A program made the position numbers and the translations under genes. DNA of 64,000 nt, from positions 1 to 64,000 of the IMG/VR virus record IMGVR_UViG_3300009370_000009; one strand, given 5' to 3'. The notes beneath the pieces are model-generated. The model worked only from the letters and a program-made list of their open reading frames with translations. It was not told the origin of the DNA and ran no database searches. Of the stretch, positions 55,721-64,000 are shown piece by piece. Source of the DNA: a virus. How positions within the stretch are numbered: position 1 is the first letter of the stretch; each line of letters starts with the position of its first letter.

Positions 55721-56728
55721 ATGAGTAGTTTATTAACTTTAGATGAAGCAAAGAATACTATTAATGAGAAGATGGAAGATACTGAGATTGTACCTTTTTC
55801 TTTTAACGATTTGAGCGTTGAAAGTAAGAGTGTTTTCAGTATTAATGGCGACAGGGTTAAACTTTCGGAGGAGGCTTCTAAGCAGTTTTCCGAATTGATT
55901 AGTGTGCCTTTCCCGTATGTGAAGCGTAGCCCAAATGAGTTGGTTGCTATGAATTACAATTATCATATTGATGAGACACCGGGTCGTTCTTTGAACGCTG
56001 TGTTTAGGGGCGATACTGTGTCGTCGTTTTCGGAGATGGATTTGCCGAATGTTGGGCATGGTGATGTTTTGGACGCTGCGGCTTTGGCTGTAGGGGATGA
56101 TGCCATGATTAAGCATTTCCGTATCAGCGATGCAGGCCAGTTAGGGGCGGTTATCACTACGGATGAGTTTAACTTTTTGAGCGAAGACACTCCGTATTAT
56201 GGCGGTGTTAAAATCAAGTTTTCCGATACTTGGGCTATTAGTCCAGTCGTTGAGGCTTATTTGGAGAGGGAGTGGTGCAGTAATGGTTCCACTACTCAGG
56301 TTGATAACCGTAAGTTCCGTGTGCGTGGTTATAGTCGTGATGCTATAGTCGAACAGTTTGCGGAGTTTGCGGGTATTGCTAAACGACAGATCAAGCCGAT
56401 GTTTGAGGGTTTCCTACATCTTCGTGATGAAAGGGTTAACGATGTCAGGGGCGTCGTCCTGCGTATCTGTCAGGAGAATGGCGTTCCGACTAAGGTGTTT
56501 AATCGTATCATGGAGTATTGGGGCGGGGAGGGGTTTAGGTCTACGTTCCCCAGCCCAGAGAGCATAGTGAACAATCCGACGATGTACCATGTTGTCAATC
56601 TGTTTACTTATGTTGGTTCTCATTGCCCGGACTTATCTCCAGAGCATAAGGAGTTGTTGATTGCTATTGGTGGTAATAATGCTTTAACGCATCATGACCG
56701 TTGCAATTCTTGTGGGACGCGTGTCTGA
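55721..56728 (+). CDS. DUF932-like protein
   Basis: GGV.I..SD....S..V.AYL.R..CSNG pattern. Confidence 0.55.
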   Translation: MSSLLTLDEAKNTINEKMEDTEIVPFSFNDLSVESKSVFSINGDRVKLSEEASKQFSELISVPFPYVKRSPNELVAMNYNYHIDETPGRSLNAVFRGDTVSSFSEMDLPNVGHGDVLDAAALAVGDDAMIKHFRISDAGQLGAVITTDEFNFLSEDTPYYGGVKIKFSDTWAISPVVEAYLEREWCSNGSTTQVDNRKFRVRGYSRDAIVEQFAEFAGIAKRQIKPMFEGFLHLRDERVNDVRGVVLRICQENGVPTKVFNRIMEYWGGEGFRSTFPSPESIVNNPTMYHVVNLFTYVGSHCPDLSPEHKELLIAIGGNNALTHHDRCNSCGTRV

Positions 56729-57110
56729 GTTGGATTCCCATGCTATGGGTGCGCAGCCTGACAGATTAGTTGAGCGGGCTACTGAGTCGTCCTCTGATGA
56801 GAGGCACGAGCGTTTAATGTGGATGCATAGCGTTATAGAGTATATTGGTACTAGGGGTACCGATGCTGATGTTGAAGAGGCTATAAAGAAGTTTTCTATG
56901 GCTCATTGGGACAGTAACCCTAGTAAGCATGACTTTGCTAAGATGTTCGCTATTGCATCGTCGTCTATGCGTAAGGCTATTGAGGCTAAACTCGTTAAGC
57001 CTTTAGAGAAGACTTTAGACAAGGAAGAGGAAGAGAAGCTTAGATTGAAGAAAGAGGCAGCCTACGTTAAGCGAAAGACTGCTAAGAAGCGTGCTTCAAA
57101 GAAAGTATAG
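56721..57110 (+). CDS. Hypothetical protein with a basic C-terminus
   Basis: GTG start overlapping the previous stop; K/R-rich tail. Confidence 0.5.
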   Translation: MSELDSHAMGAQPDRLVERATESSSDERHERLMWMHSVIEYIGTRGTDADVEEAIKKFSMAHWDSNPSKHDFAKMFAIASSSMRKAIEAKLVKPLEKTLDKEEEEKLRLKKEAAYVKRKTAKKRASKKV

Positions 57111-57648
57111 CATAGTTTATGCTGATCCTCCTTGGGACTACAAGGGACAGAGGCAGCACGCCGGTATCGGTAAGCCCGATACTGGTGCTGCTGTCTCTCA
57201 TTATGATACAATGCATATTGATGATATAAAAAATATGGATGTAAAGAGTATTGTTGATGACAAAGAGTCATTATTATTCCTGTGGTCTAGTAGCCCTCAT
57301 CTTCCCCAGGCATTGGATGTTATGGATGCTTGGGGGTTTTCTTGGGCTACAGTTGCTTTCGTTTGGGATAAGCAAAGGGTTAACCCTGGGTTTTACACAA
57401 TGAGTCAAGTGGAATTGTGTTTGGTGGGCAAGATGGGGAAGATACCTCAACCTAGGGGTGCGAGGAATGTTAGGCAGTTTATTTCTGAAATGCGTGGAGA
57501 GCATAGTTCTAAGCCTATTGAAGTTAGGGAAAGGATAGAACAAATGTTCCCCGCTCAACGAAAGATAGAGTTGTTTGCTAGGAATACTGCTCCGGGATGG
57601 GACTCTTGGGGCGAAGGTGTCGGTAAAACAGAATGGATGTTTCAATGA
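57091..57648 (+). CDS. MT-A70-family DNA amino-methyltransferase (second copy)
   Basis: YADPPW.Y, HY.TM, LFLW, FVWDK, ELCL.G, HSSKP, ELFAR...GWD.WG. Confidence 0.9.
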   Translation: MLQRKYSIVYADPPWDYKGQRQHAGIGKPDTGAAVSHYDTMHIDDIKNMDVKSIVDDKESLLFLWSSSPHLPQALDVMDAWGFSWATVAFVWDKQRVNPGFYTMSQVELCLVGKMGKIPQPRGARNVRQFISEMRGEHSSKPIEVRERIEQMFPAQRKIELFARNTAPGWDSWGEGVGKTEWMFQ

Positions 57649-57746
57649 GAAGTTTTATTAATTGGGGTACCGCCGTACAGATTTTGGCATTTGCTGTATT
57701 GTGGGTTTTATTTATATAAATGTACTCAATTTGGAGGAATATTTAA

Positions 57747-57881
57747 TTGACATTTGATCCTGAAGATCCTGCAGAGACTGAGTTTGATGGTGACGAAGAG
57801 TTGCACTGGAGAGAAGAGATGACGGGCGAGCGTCCTATTCTCAATCCTATTGGCGACCCTTACCACCCCAATAGTCTGTAG
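57747..57881 (+). CDS. Small acidic protein (44 aa, not in track)
   Basis: GGAGG RBS plus TTG start; MTFDPEDPAETEFDGDEELHWREE... Confidence 0.4.
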   Translation: MTFDPEDPAETEFDGDEELHWREEMTGERPILNPIGDPYHPNSL

Positions 57882-57885
57882 GGTA

Positions 57886-57894
57886 TGGTATAAT
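57886..57894 (+). promoter_or_regulatory. Extended -10 promoter (TGGTATAAT), probably leaderless for the terminase small subunit
   Basis: Consensus TGnTATAAT ending just before ATG 57900; no RBS. Confidence 0.65.
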
Positions 57895-57899
57895 ATAAT

Positions 57900-58565
57900 A
57901 TGACAGATATCGCTATTGAGGACGAATCTGGCAACCAATTATCACTTATAGATCGTCTTGAGTTGGTAGATCAGGTTGGCGGTTATCACATCAAAGGATA
58001 CAATGTAACTGAAATTGCATCTTTGATGGATTTAGATCGCGCCAATGTCCGTTCTTACATTGATGAGTTTAAATTGATCCTGTCCCGTCAGGCCGACGCT
58101 GATCCGTACTTCTTAGAGCGTGTTCAGTTGAACACTATCAAAGCTCTAAGCGAATTTGATGAGATAGGCAAAGAGGCTTGGGAAACAGTAACTATCGCAA
58201 CCGATCATGGCATGGTAAGCGCAAGGATTCAAGCATTAAAACTTGCGGCTGAGGTTGCCCACAAAAAAGCACAGTTGCATCAGTTGATGAATAACAATCA
58301 GACTGATGTAGAATATGTTGCCAGAATGCAGAGAGCAGAGTCTGTCAATAATTTGTTATCGAAAATCATTCGTGACGTTATCTCGCAATATCCTGAGATT
58401 AGGGATAAAGTTCAAAGAGATCTGGCGGATGCATTTGAAATCCTGGATCAGAATATAATTGATGCAGAAGCCTCGTCCGTATTTGAGAGTTCAAATAATA
58501 TAGTTGACGCTCCCATCCTCGCAGAAGGGGTATCCGATAATGATTCCGCTCAGGGGGAAGTATAG
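57900..58565 (+). CDS. terS: Terminase small subunit (putative)
   Basis: N-terminal HTH (KGYNVTEIASLM), helical body; directly upstream of terL. Confidence 0.65.
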   Translation: MTDIAIEDESGNQLSLIDRLELVDQVGGYHIKGYNVTEIASLMDLDRANVRSYIDEFKLILSRQADADPYFLERVQLNTIKALSEFDEIGKEAWETVTIATDHGMVSARIQALKLAAEVAHKKAQLHQLMNNNQTDVEYVARMQRAESVNNLLSKIIRDVISQYPEIRDKVQRDLADAFEILDQNIIDAEASSVFESSNNIVDAPILAEGVSDNDSAQGEV

Positions 58566-58571
58566 CAGACC

Positions 58572-60314
58572 ATGAGTGATTACATGGGTCTGAATCTTGA
58601 ACTAGACGATTTTAGTAAGTTGTTGAATCAAGATGAGTTAGTGGAAGAACCGGTACCGCTAGAAGTTTTCGTGCAAGATAAAAGATATTTGAATTTACCT
58701 CCTTTGTCTAAAATTCAAACTGAGATAGTAAAACAGAGCACGCAGATTTTCAAAGAGGAGACTTTAAAAAAGATATACGGGGACAAAGAGGGGATAGACT
58801 ATTATAATAAGTATACTCAGAACGAAGTCATATGTCAGTTAGGTAAAGGATCTGGTAAAGACCATTGTTCTAGAATATCGATGGCTAGAACGGTTTACCT
58901 GTTGCATTGTCTAAGAGATCCCCTGATGTATTATGGTAAGGCTAATGGTGTATATGTTGACCTTCTAAACCTTGCTGTTAACGCTCAACAGGCGCAAAGG
59001 GTTTTCTTCGAGCCTTTGAAAAATCTTTTGTTGGGCAGCCCCTGGTTTAACGATCAAGGGTTTGAGCCTAGAGTAAGTGAAATCTTCTTCTTTTCCAGAC
59101 CAGTCAGATGTTTCTCTGGCCACTCTGAATCTGAGGGTTGGGAAGGTTATGAGGTTATGACTGTTGTTTTAGATGAGATTTCAGCTTTCAAAACCGATTC
59201 AGAATTGAAGGGGGAGATTAGAAATAAAGGTTCAGCGTCTGCAATCTATAATATGAGCAAGTTGTCTGTTATGTCTAGATTTCCAGAGGTGGGAAAGGTT
59301 ATCCTGCTGTCGTTCCCTAGGTATAAGGGTGACTTCATTCAGCAGAGATATGAGGGGGCAATCGAAAAGAATGAACCCAAAACTTGGTGTATTAAAGCAT
59401 CAACGTGGGACGTTAATCCAACTATTGAAAGACACCAATTGGAATCGGAATACGTTCGTAACCCTATTGAGGCTGCTGCAAGGTTTGAATGTGAACCTCC
59501 ACACATGGAGGACGCATACTTTAGAGATGCAGAGCGTGTAAGGAAATCGTTCATGTATCATGATGATCCGATTGAAGAAGATGGAACATTTAAGAAGTGG
59601 TTTAATGGTGAAGATGGCAAGTTGAGGTATATGCATGTTGACCTTGGTCTTAAAAGAGACAGGGCTGCATTGTCTATGGTTCATGGTGCTGGCTTTACTG
59701 AGATAAAAACTTCTATGGGAACTGAGTTGCTTCCGATAATAAATGTTGATCTGATCCACTACTGGGAAGCTGTTCCGGGGAAAGAAATCAATTTCTCTGC
59801 TGTAAGGCAAATGATTCTAGATCTTAACAGGAAGTTTGAGTTAGTTTCTGTTACATTTGATCAATGGCAGTCTGTTGATATGATACAGACTTTAAGAAGT
59901 CTTGGGGTTAGTGCTGATTTACATGGCGTGAAGAAAACAGATTATGATACTTTGATGACTGCCATTTATGATAACAGGTTGCGTGGCTATTGGAGCGAAC
60001 TTCTGGTTGAAGACGAATTGTTGAAATTGAAGTTAATAAACAATACCAAGATAGACCATCCGACTAAAGGAACTAAAGATTTGGCTGACTCATTAGCTGG
60101 TGCAGTATTTGCGTGTGCAAAAAATATTAACATGGATACGGAAGTAGAGATAGAAATCATAAATACTGGCCCTGGTGTTCACGAAAAATATGAGAATGAA
60201 AAAGAGATGAGCGAAGTGCTAATGATGGATGAAAACAGTTTAGCTTGGGAATCGACAAACTCTACAGTAAGAAGTATGCCAAGTGAACTCCAAGAATGGT
60301 TTGGACATGTCTAA
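58572..60314 (+). CDS. terL: Terminase large subunit
   Basis: GKGSGKD Walker A, VVLDEIS Walker B, LLSFP coupling motif, HVDLG..RD nuclease, FDQWQS, DHP..G.KDLADSLAG. Confidence 0.92.
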   Translation: MSDYMGLNLELDDFSKLLNQDELVEEPVPLEVFVQDKRYLNLPPLSKIQTEIVKQSTQIFKEETLKKIYGDKEGIDYYNKYTQNEVICQLGKGSGKDHCSRISMARTVYLLHCLRDPLMYYGKANGVYVDLLNLAVNAQQAQRVFFEPLKNLLLGSPWFNDQGFEPRVSEIFFFSRPVRCFSGHSESEGWEGYEVMTVVLDEISAFKTDSELKGEIRNKGSASAIYNMSKLSVMSRFPEVGKVILLSFPRYKGDFIQQRYEGAIEKNEPKTWCIKASTWDVNPTIERHQLESEYVRNPIEAAARFECEPPHMEDAYFRDAERVRKSFMYHDDPIEEDGTFKKWFNGEDGKLRYMHVDLGLKRDRAALSMVHGAGFTEIKTSMGTELLPIINVDLIHYWEAVPGKEINFSAVRQMILDLNRKFELVSVTFDQWQSVDMIQTLRSLGVSADLHGVKKTDYDTLMTAIYDNRLRGYWSELLVEDELLKLKLINNTKIDHPTKGTKDLADSLAGAVFACAKNINMDTEVEIEIINTGPGVHEKYENEKEMSEVLMMDENSLAWESTNSTVRSMPSELQEWFGHV

Positions 60315-60562
60315 ATGATTCCTCGAAAAATATATACTCAATTTCACTGAAACATTCAGTCAAATCCCGAGGGTTTGTAACATTACAAAACGCAGGGCAG
60401 CCCGATAGAGAAATGTCGAGGGTTTAAATCAGAGTTTACAGAGATTTTCGTTTGATCCGCGATGGAGAATGGTGCGTGTGGTAGTGTGTTTATTGGCGCC
60501 TGAGGGTCATGCCCTCATTCGTTTAGTTAAATCCATTGGATAGATTAACAAAAGGAAAAACA

Positions 60563-60871
60563 ATGAGCATTGTTAAGGTTGATGCGTTGCCGGATATCGT
60601 TAGGCATAGCGTTGCTAGTGGGCTGATTCTGGAGATCAGAGAAGCCCTTACGGAATCCATTAAGTCAGGTCAGGCTTTTAAGATTGATGACCTGCTTGAG
60701 GATAAGGATTTCCACAACATGCAGCAGAGAGTTAGGACTCAGGCTAGGAAACTGGGTATGAATGTCTCTGTCCGTAGGGCTAAGGAAGAGAATGCTCTCT
60801 ACTTTGTTGCCCTGTCAGATGATATTAAGAAGGATGCAAAGAAGCTTCCTTCTGAGGATTCTGATAAGTAA
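60563..60871 (+). CDS. Hypothetical protein
   Basis: AAGGA RBS; 102 aa; followed by a terminator. Confidence 0.6.
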   Translation: MSIVKVDALPDIVRHSVASGLILEIREALTESIKSGQAFKIDDLLEDKDFHNMQQRVRTQARKLGMNVSVRRAKEENALYFVALSDDIKKDAKKLPSEDSDK

Positions 60872-60899
60872 CACATCTTAATATAAAACTGAATTCAGT

Positions 60900-60933
60900 A
60901 AAAGAGGGGCACCCTTCGGGGTGTCCCTCTTTT
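60900..60933 (+). terminator. Rho-independent terminator with a UUCG tetraloop (likely bidirectional)
   Basis: AAAAGAGGGGCACCC-TTCG-GGGTGTCCCTCTTTT. Confidence 0.85.
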
Positions 60934-60963
60934 CTGGTTGTCGATAGTTTAGAAGGTAGGAAT

Positions 60964-61242
60964 GTGAAAGAAGATGAACAATTATCGAAGAATATGTGTC
61001 CTAGGTGTTTGGGGGATATACAGGGATATCCCGCAACAAGTAGAACAGATAACTTGACAGAAATATGCTCGCCATGCGGACAGACAGAAGCTATGGAGGA
61101 CTTTATATATAGCACTATAAAAACACAAGACATGTGGCCGACCCATGAGGGTTTTGCTAAACAGTCTTATTGGAATAAGATGAACAAACTGACCGGTATG
61201 ATTACTGATTTAACCAAAAAGGATAGTGATAAAAATGAGTGA
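60964..61242 (+). CDS. Zn-finger small protein
   Basis: CPRC......PATSRTDN.TEICSPCG..EA. Confidence 0.65.
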   Translation: MKEDEQLSKNMCPRCLGDIQGYPATSRTDNLTEICSPCGQTEAMEDFIYSTIKTQDMWPTHEGFAKQSYWNKMNKLTGMITDLTKKDSDKNE

Positions 61243-61720
61243 TATAATTTCCATTGATGTTTCGGCTCTGATCCAGGAAATAACTAATGACGATAGTGGC
61301 TATCTTTCCAGTTATGTTGCAGATGCTGTTGATGAAAGGATTACTGAGGCGGTTGGAGATGCGGTAGATGATTACTTGCGCTATGGTAGCGATATTGCTG
61401 ATATTGTAAGTGACTGTGTTACTGATTATCTGAGTTCATCCCTTGGAGAGGAATTGTCGTCGTTATTGAATGATGTTGGGGAGACGAATCTATGCGGTTT
61501 AGGAAGTGATTTTGCGAGAGCAATCAATACTGTTTTAAAGCATCATGTACCCTGGTCGCAGGTTATTGAAGACAGTGAATTGGCGGATATTATCAAGTCT
61601 AACGAATCGACTGAGAACATTCAGAAAATTGTTTCTGATAAGTTCAATAAGGAAATGAAGGTTGAGGTTAGTTTTGTAGATAAGGAGCCGCCTGAGGTGG
61701 TTGGTGGGAGTGTTATTTGA
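61235..61720 (+). CDS. Acidic hypothetical protein
   Basis: Tightly packed + strand ORF. Confidence 0.55.
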   Translation: MSDIISIDVSALIQEITNDDSGYLSSYVADAVDERITEAVGDAVDDYLRYGSDIADIVSDCVTDYLSSSLGEELSSLLNDVGETNLCGLGSDFARAINTVLKHHVPWSQVIEDSELADIIKSNESTENIQKIVSDKFNKEMKVEVSFVDKEPPEVVGGSVI

Positions 61721-61923
61721 TGCCTCTGACTGAAGAGGAAAAAGCAGAGATTCGTCTTGAAACTGAGTATAGATGCGATATTTATACTAATGGAGACTGG
61801 TTTCAGGAAAGGGTTAGAGAAGCCCTATGCGAACTGCTATTTCCAGACGTTGAGTCGTGCGATGGAGAATGTCACATAGACTTTCTAGAATTATTGAAAA
61901 GAGCTTTAGATGCCAAAGTATGA
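61720..61923 (+). CDS. Hypothetical protein
   Basis: TGATG overlap. Confidence 0.5.
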   Translation: MPLTEEEKAEIRLETEYRCDIYTNGDWFQERVREALCELLFPDVESCDGECHIDFLELLKRALDAKV

Positions 61924-62104
61924 TATTGAAGTTGAACTTGTGGGTTCTGATGGTAATGCATTTGCGATTATGGGTAAAGTCAAGGATGCGTTGAAACGTA
62001 ATGGCGTTACCCCCGAGGAAGTAAATAAATATATGGAAGAGTCAATGTCTGGTGATTATGATAACCTGCTGAATACTGCTATGGAATGGGTGAATGTGTT
62101 ATGA
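61910..62104 (+). CDS. Conserved small phage protein
   Basis: V.LVG.DGNAFAI.G.V..AL.......SGDYD.LL motif, recurrent in phage early regions. Confidence 0.7.
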   Translation: MPKYDIEVELVGSDGNAFAIMGKVKDALKRNGVTPEEVNKYMEESMSGDYDNLLNTAMEWVNVL

Positions 62105-62445
62105 GTTACACTAAGGAAGAAATAAAGAAGGCTATTGACGATGGTATTATCGTCAGTAATGGTCATGCTATTATTGACCCTGCTCATTATGCGCCGTTTG
62201 ATGTTAGCCATCTAATTAAGGAACACAAGTCTAACTTTAGTTCAAGTAAACAGACTATCTATACTGACGGGGTTGCAGTAGAATCAGTAGTTGGCGTAAA
62301 CAATTTAGACTTCCTGTATTCTCTAGTGCTTCAGTTGAATCTAGATTACGTGTCTTACTTTGGCAGAGGAACCCAGGCAGTAGAGATGGTTGAAGTTTTA
62401 AGTAGATGGGCACATAGTAAGGAAGAAGAATATGCCTCTAGATAG
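62101..62445 (+). CDS. Hypothetical protein
   Basis: ATGA overlap; ends with a FGRG.QA motif. Confidence 0.55.
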   Translation: MSYTKEEIKKAIDDGIIVSNGHAIIDPAHYAPFDVSHLIKEHKSNFSSSKQTIYTDGVAVESVVGVNNLDFLYSLVLQLNLDYVSYFGRGTQAVEMVEVLSRWAHSKEEEYASR

Positions 62446-62656
62446 AACATTAGAAGGGCGCAGGGTGCGTCTTGTCAAGACTAACGATCCGTATACTAAA
62501 CTTGAGCGTGGTTCTTTAGGTACGGTTAAGTATGAAACGTATGACGAATTGTGGGGTGATGAAAAACTATCAGTAGATTGGGATGATGGTTCAAAACTTA
62601 TGCTTATAGCAGGTGAGGATCATTGGCAAATATTGCCTATGGAAGAAGTAAAATGA
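62432..62656 (+). CDS. DUF4314-like SH3-fold protein
   Basis: G.RV.LV..NDPY..L..G..GTV.......V.WDDGS.L.LI.GED. Confidence 0.75.
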   Translation: MPLDRTLEGRRVRLVKTNDPYTKLERGSLGTVKYETYDELWGDEKLSVDWDDGSKLMLIAGEDHWQILPMEEVK

Positions 62657-62844
62657 TACATATTGGATCAAGGGTTAAAGTCATTGATCAAGATATAACG
62701 GGAACTGTTGTTAGGTATGACGGCAGTAAGCTTTGTGTATTGGATGATGACAGAGATATGTGGCGTTTTGATATAGAGCCAGAAGGTGAAGAAGGAATAC
62801 TTATTTATCGGCAATCAGAAGTTGAGGAAATAAATGAAGAATAA
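62653..62844 (+). CDS. Small SH3/KOW-like protein
   Basis: IGSRVKV.....TGTVV. Confidence 0.55.
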   Translation: MIHIGSRVKVIDQDITGTVVRYDGSKLCVLDDDRDMWRFDIEPEGEEGILIYRQSEVEEINEE

Positions 62845-63202
62845 GACTAAGTTAGCAGGGTTCTGTGGCGTGGATTCAGGCCAAATAATGGTCATTGATC
62901 CATGCTATGCGTTTAAGGATGACTATTTCGGTAGCGATACTCCTCCAACAGGTGGAAACTATGATTCTGTTTGCAGGGTAAGTATTGCAGATACGTTTGG
63001 AGAGTTTTCGTTACCTGCTAATGGTTACCACGGCAGTATTGGTGTAGTTACATCTTCTGGTTATGGTGACGGTAGATATCCTGTTTTTGTTGATGTTAAT
63101 GACGACGGCAGGGTTGTTGAATTGCGTATTGCCTTTGATGGCATTAGGCATGATGATCTTCAAGTTATGATGAATTGGGAAGAAGAGGAAGGGCTTATCT
63201 GA
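62834..63202 (+). CDS. DUF4241-like protein
   Basis: VDSGQIMVIDPCY...SSGYGDG.YPV. Confidence 0.65.
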   Translation: MKNKTKLAGFCGVDSGQIMVIDPCYAFKDDYFGSDTPPTGGNYDSVCRVSIADTFGEFSLPANGYHGSIGVVTSSGYGDGRYPVFVDVNDDGRVVELRIAFDGIRHDDLQVMMNWEEEEGLI

Positions 63203-63774
63203 TGCCTAATTGGTGTACAAATACGTTGAACATTTGCGGGCCTGTTGCTGAAGTAGACGGGTTTGTCAAAGCCATTAAGAGTGATGATGACGGTCAGGAA
63301 TATACTATTCTTGAAAGTCTCTATCCTATTCCAGATGACCTAAAAGATCTGCCTTCTAGGTTTGGTGCTATTCCTGATGATGATCCAGATAAGGAGAAGA
63401 AGGAGAGTAATAAGGAAAAGTACGGTGCTGTAGATTGGTATGATTGGTGCTGTAATAATTGGGGCACTAAGTGGGCTGATTGTCATACTGAGTATATTAC
63501 TGATGATCAATCAGAAGGTCTAAAGAAAGTTATGTTTAGATTTGATAGCGCTTGGTCGCCGCCAATTGATGGATTCAATGCTATTGCTATGATGTTTCCA
63601 AAGCTTGTATTTGACCTTAGGTATGAAGAACCTGGTATGTGTTATCAAGGTTACAAGATTTGGGGTAATGGTGAATCAGTAGCCGAAGCGGAAATGGAGT
63701 ATATGGCTTCAGGGGATATGATTTTTGATACTATTGATTGGGATTATGAACATTATTGCGGCAAGGAGGATTAG
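63202..63774 (+). CDS. YubB/DUF1281 ferredoxin-like-fold protein
   Basis: MPNWC.N.L...WYDW...NWGTKW...FDSAWSPP...YEEPG. Confidence 0.8.
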   Translation: MPNWCTNTLNICGPVAEVDGFVKAIKSDDDGQEYTILESLYPIPDDLKDLPSRFGAIPDDDPDKEKKESNKEKYGAVDWYDWCCNNWGTKWADCHTEYITDDQSEGLKKVMFRFDSAWSPPIDGFNAIAMMFPKLVFDLRYEEPGMCYQGYKIWGNGESVAEAEMEYMASGDMIFDTIDWDYEHYCGKED

Positions 63775-63779
63775 TAAAG

Positions 63780-64000
63780 ATGAGTAGTAATTATCCGCCG
63801 GGTGTTACTGGAAATGAATATGAGATTGCTGGACCTGATGAGCAGTGGGACGAGGAGTATTTTTGTGAAAAGTGTGAAACGGATACTATGTTCAGTTGTG
63901 AATCATTTCAAGGACAAAGATCTGGTGTATGTGGGGAGTGTAATTCTGATCTTGATCTTGGTCACAGGGATGACTATATTGATTGGGAATGGGTAGAGGA
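63780..64000 (+). CDS. Zn-ribbon protein (3'-truncated, not in track)
   Basis: AGGAGG RBS; MSSNYPPGVTGNEYEIAGPD...CEKC...CGEC..., open to the window end. Confidence 0.65.
   Translation, partial: MSSNYPPGVTGNEYEIAGPDEQWDEEYFCEKCETDTMFSCESFQGQRSGVCGECNSDLDLGHRDDYIDWEWVE

Noticed and set aside
63802-63996. 64-aa ORF from the track
   Set aside because: An overlapping frame starting at 63780 has an RBS and a CxxC...CxxC motif and is the better gene.
1-64000. Prophage, integrase or tRNA genes; alternative genetic code
   Set aside because: No integrase, repressor or host flanks and no cloverleaf recognised by eye (tRNAscan-SE would confirm). Genes are full-length in code 11 using all three stop codons.

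Overview
A 64 kb internal segment of a large lytic tailed dsDNA phage. It has a siphovirus-type tail and essentially all genes are on the + strand. The host is probably an actinobacterium: WhiB, an r1t-type holin, a single-cluster ferredoxin and extended -10/leaderless promoters all point that way, and Acidimicrobiia is my inference. Layout: (1) 1-10 kb, an array of three tandem translationally coupled fibre/adhesin cassettes (Mtd_N or fibre anchor, docking-leader payload subunits, fibre chaperone). (2) 10-17.3 kb, an accessory block: 1573-aa hyper-acidic lipoprotein, polysaccharide-lyase-like protein, endolysin, ferredoxin. (3) 17.3-36.8 kb, neck and tail genes, with a -1 frameshift chaperone, a 1648-aa tape measure, two Dit-like paralogs, a hub with PA14/LamG domains and a central fibre with a C-terminal S74-type chaperone. 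(4) 36.8-52.3 kb, replication and recombination: DnaB, primase, SSB, DnaE, RecA, Cas4-like nuclease, two resolvases, dCMP deaminase, nucleotidase, WhiB, MerR. (5) 52.3-57.9 kb, DNA methyltransferases, an IMPDH/GMP-reductase-family gene and a strongly G+T-skewed tract. (6) 57.9-60.3 kb, terminase. (7) 60.5-64 kb, small early-type genes. The two strongest leads are the mix-and-match adhesin cassette system with swappable N-terminal docking leaders, and a dual-coded C5 methyltransferase whose overlapping frame carries five LPTP repeat units. No tRNA, rRNA, CRISPR array, integrase or reverse transcriptase was seen. All family calls come from motif recognition by eye; no database searches were run.
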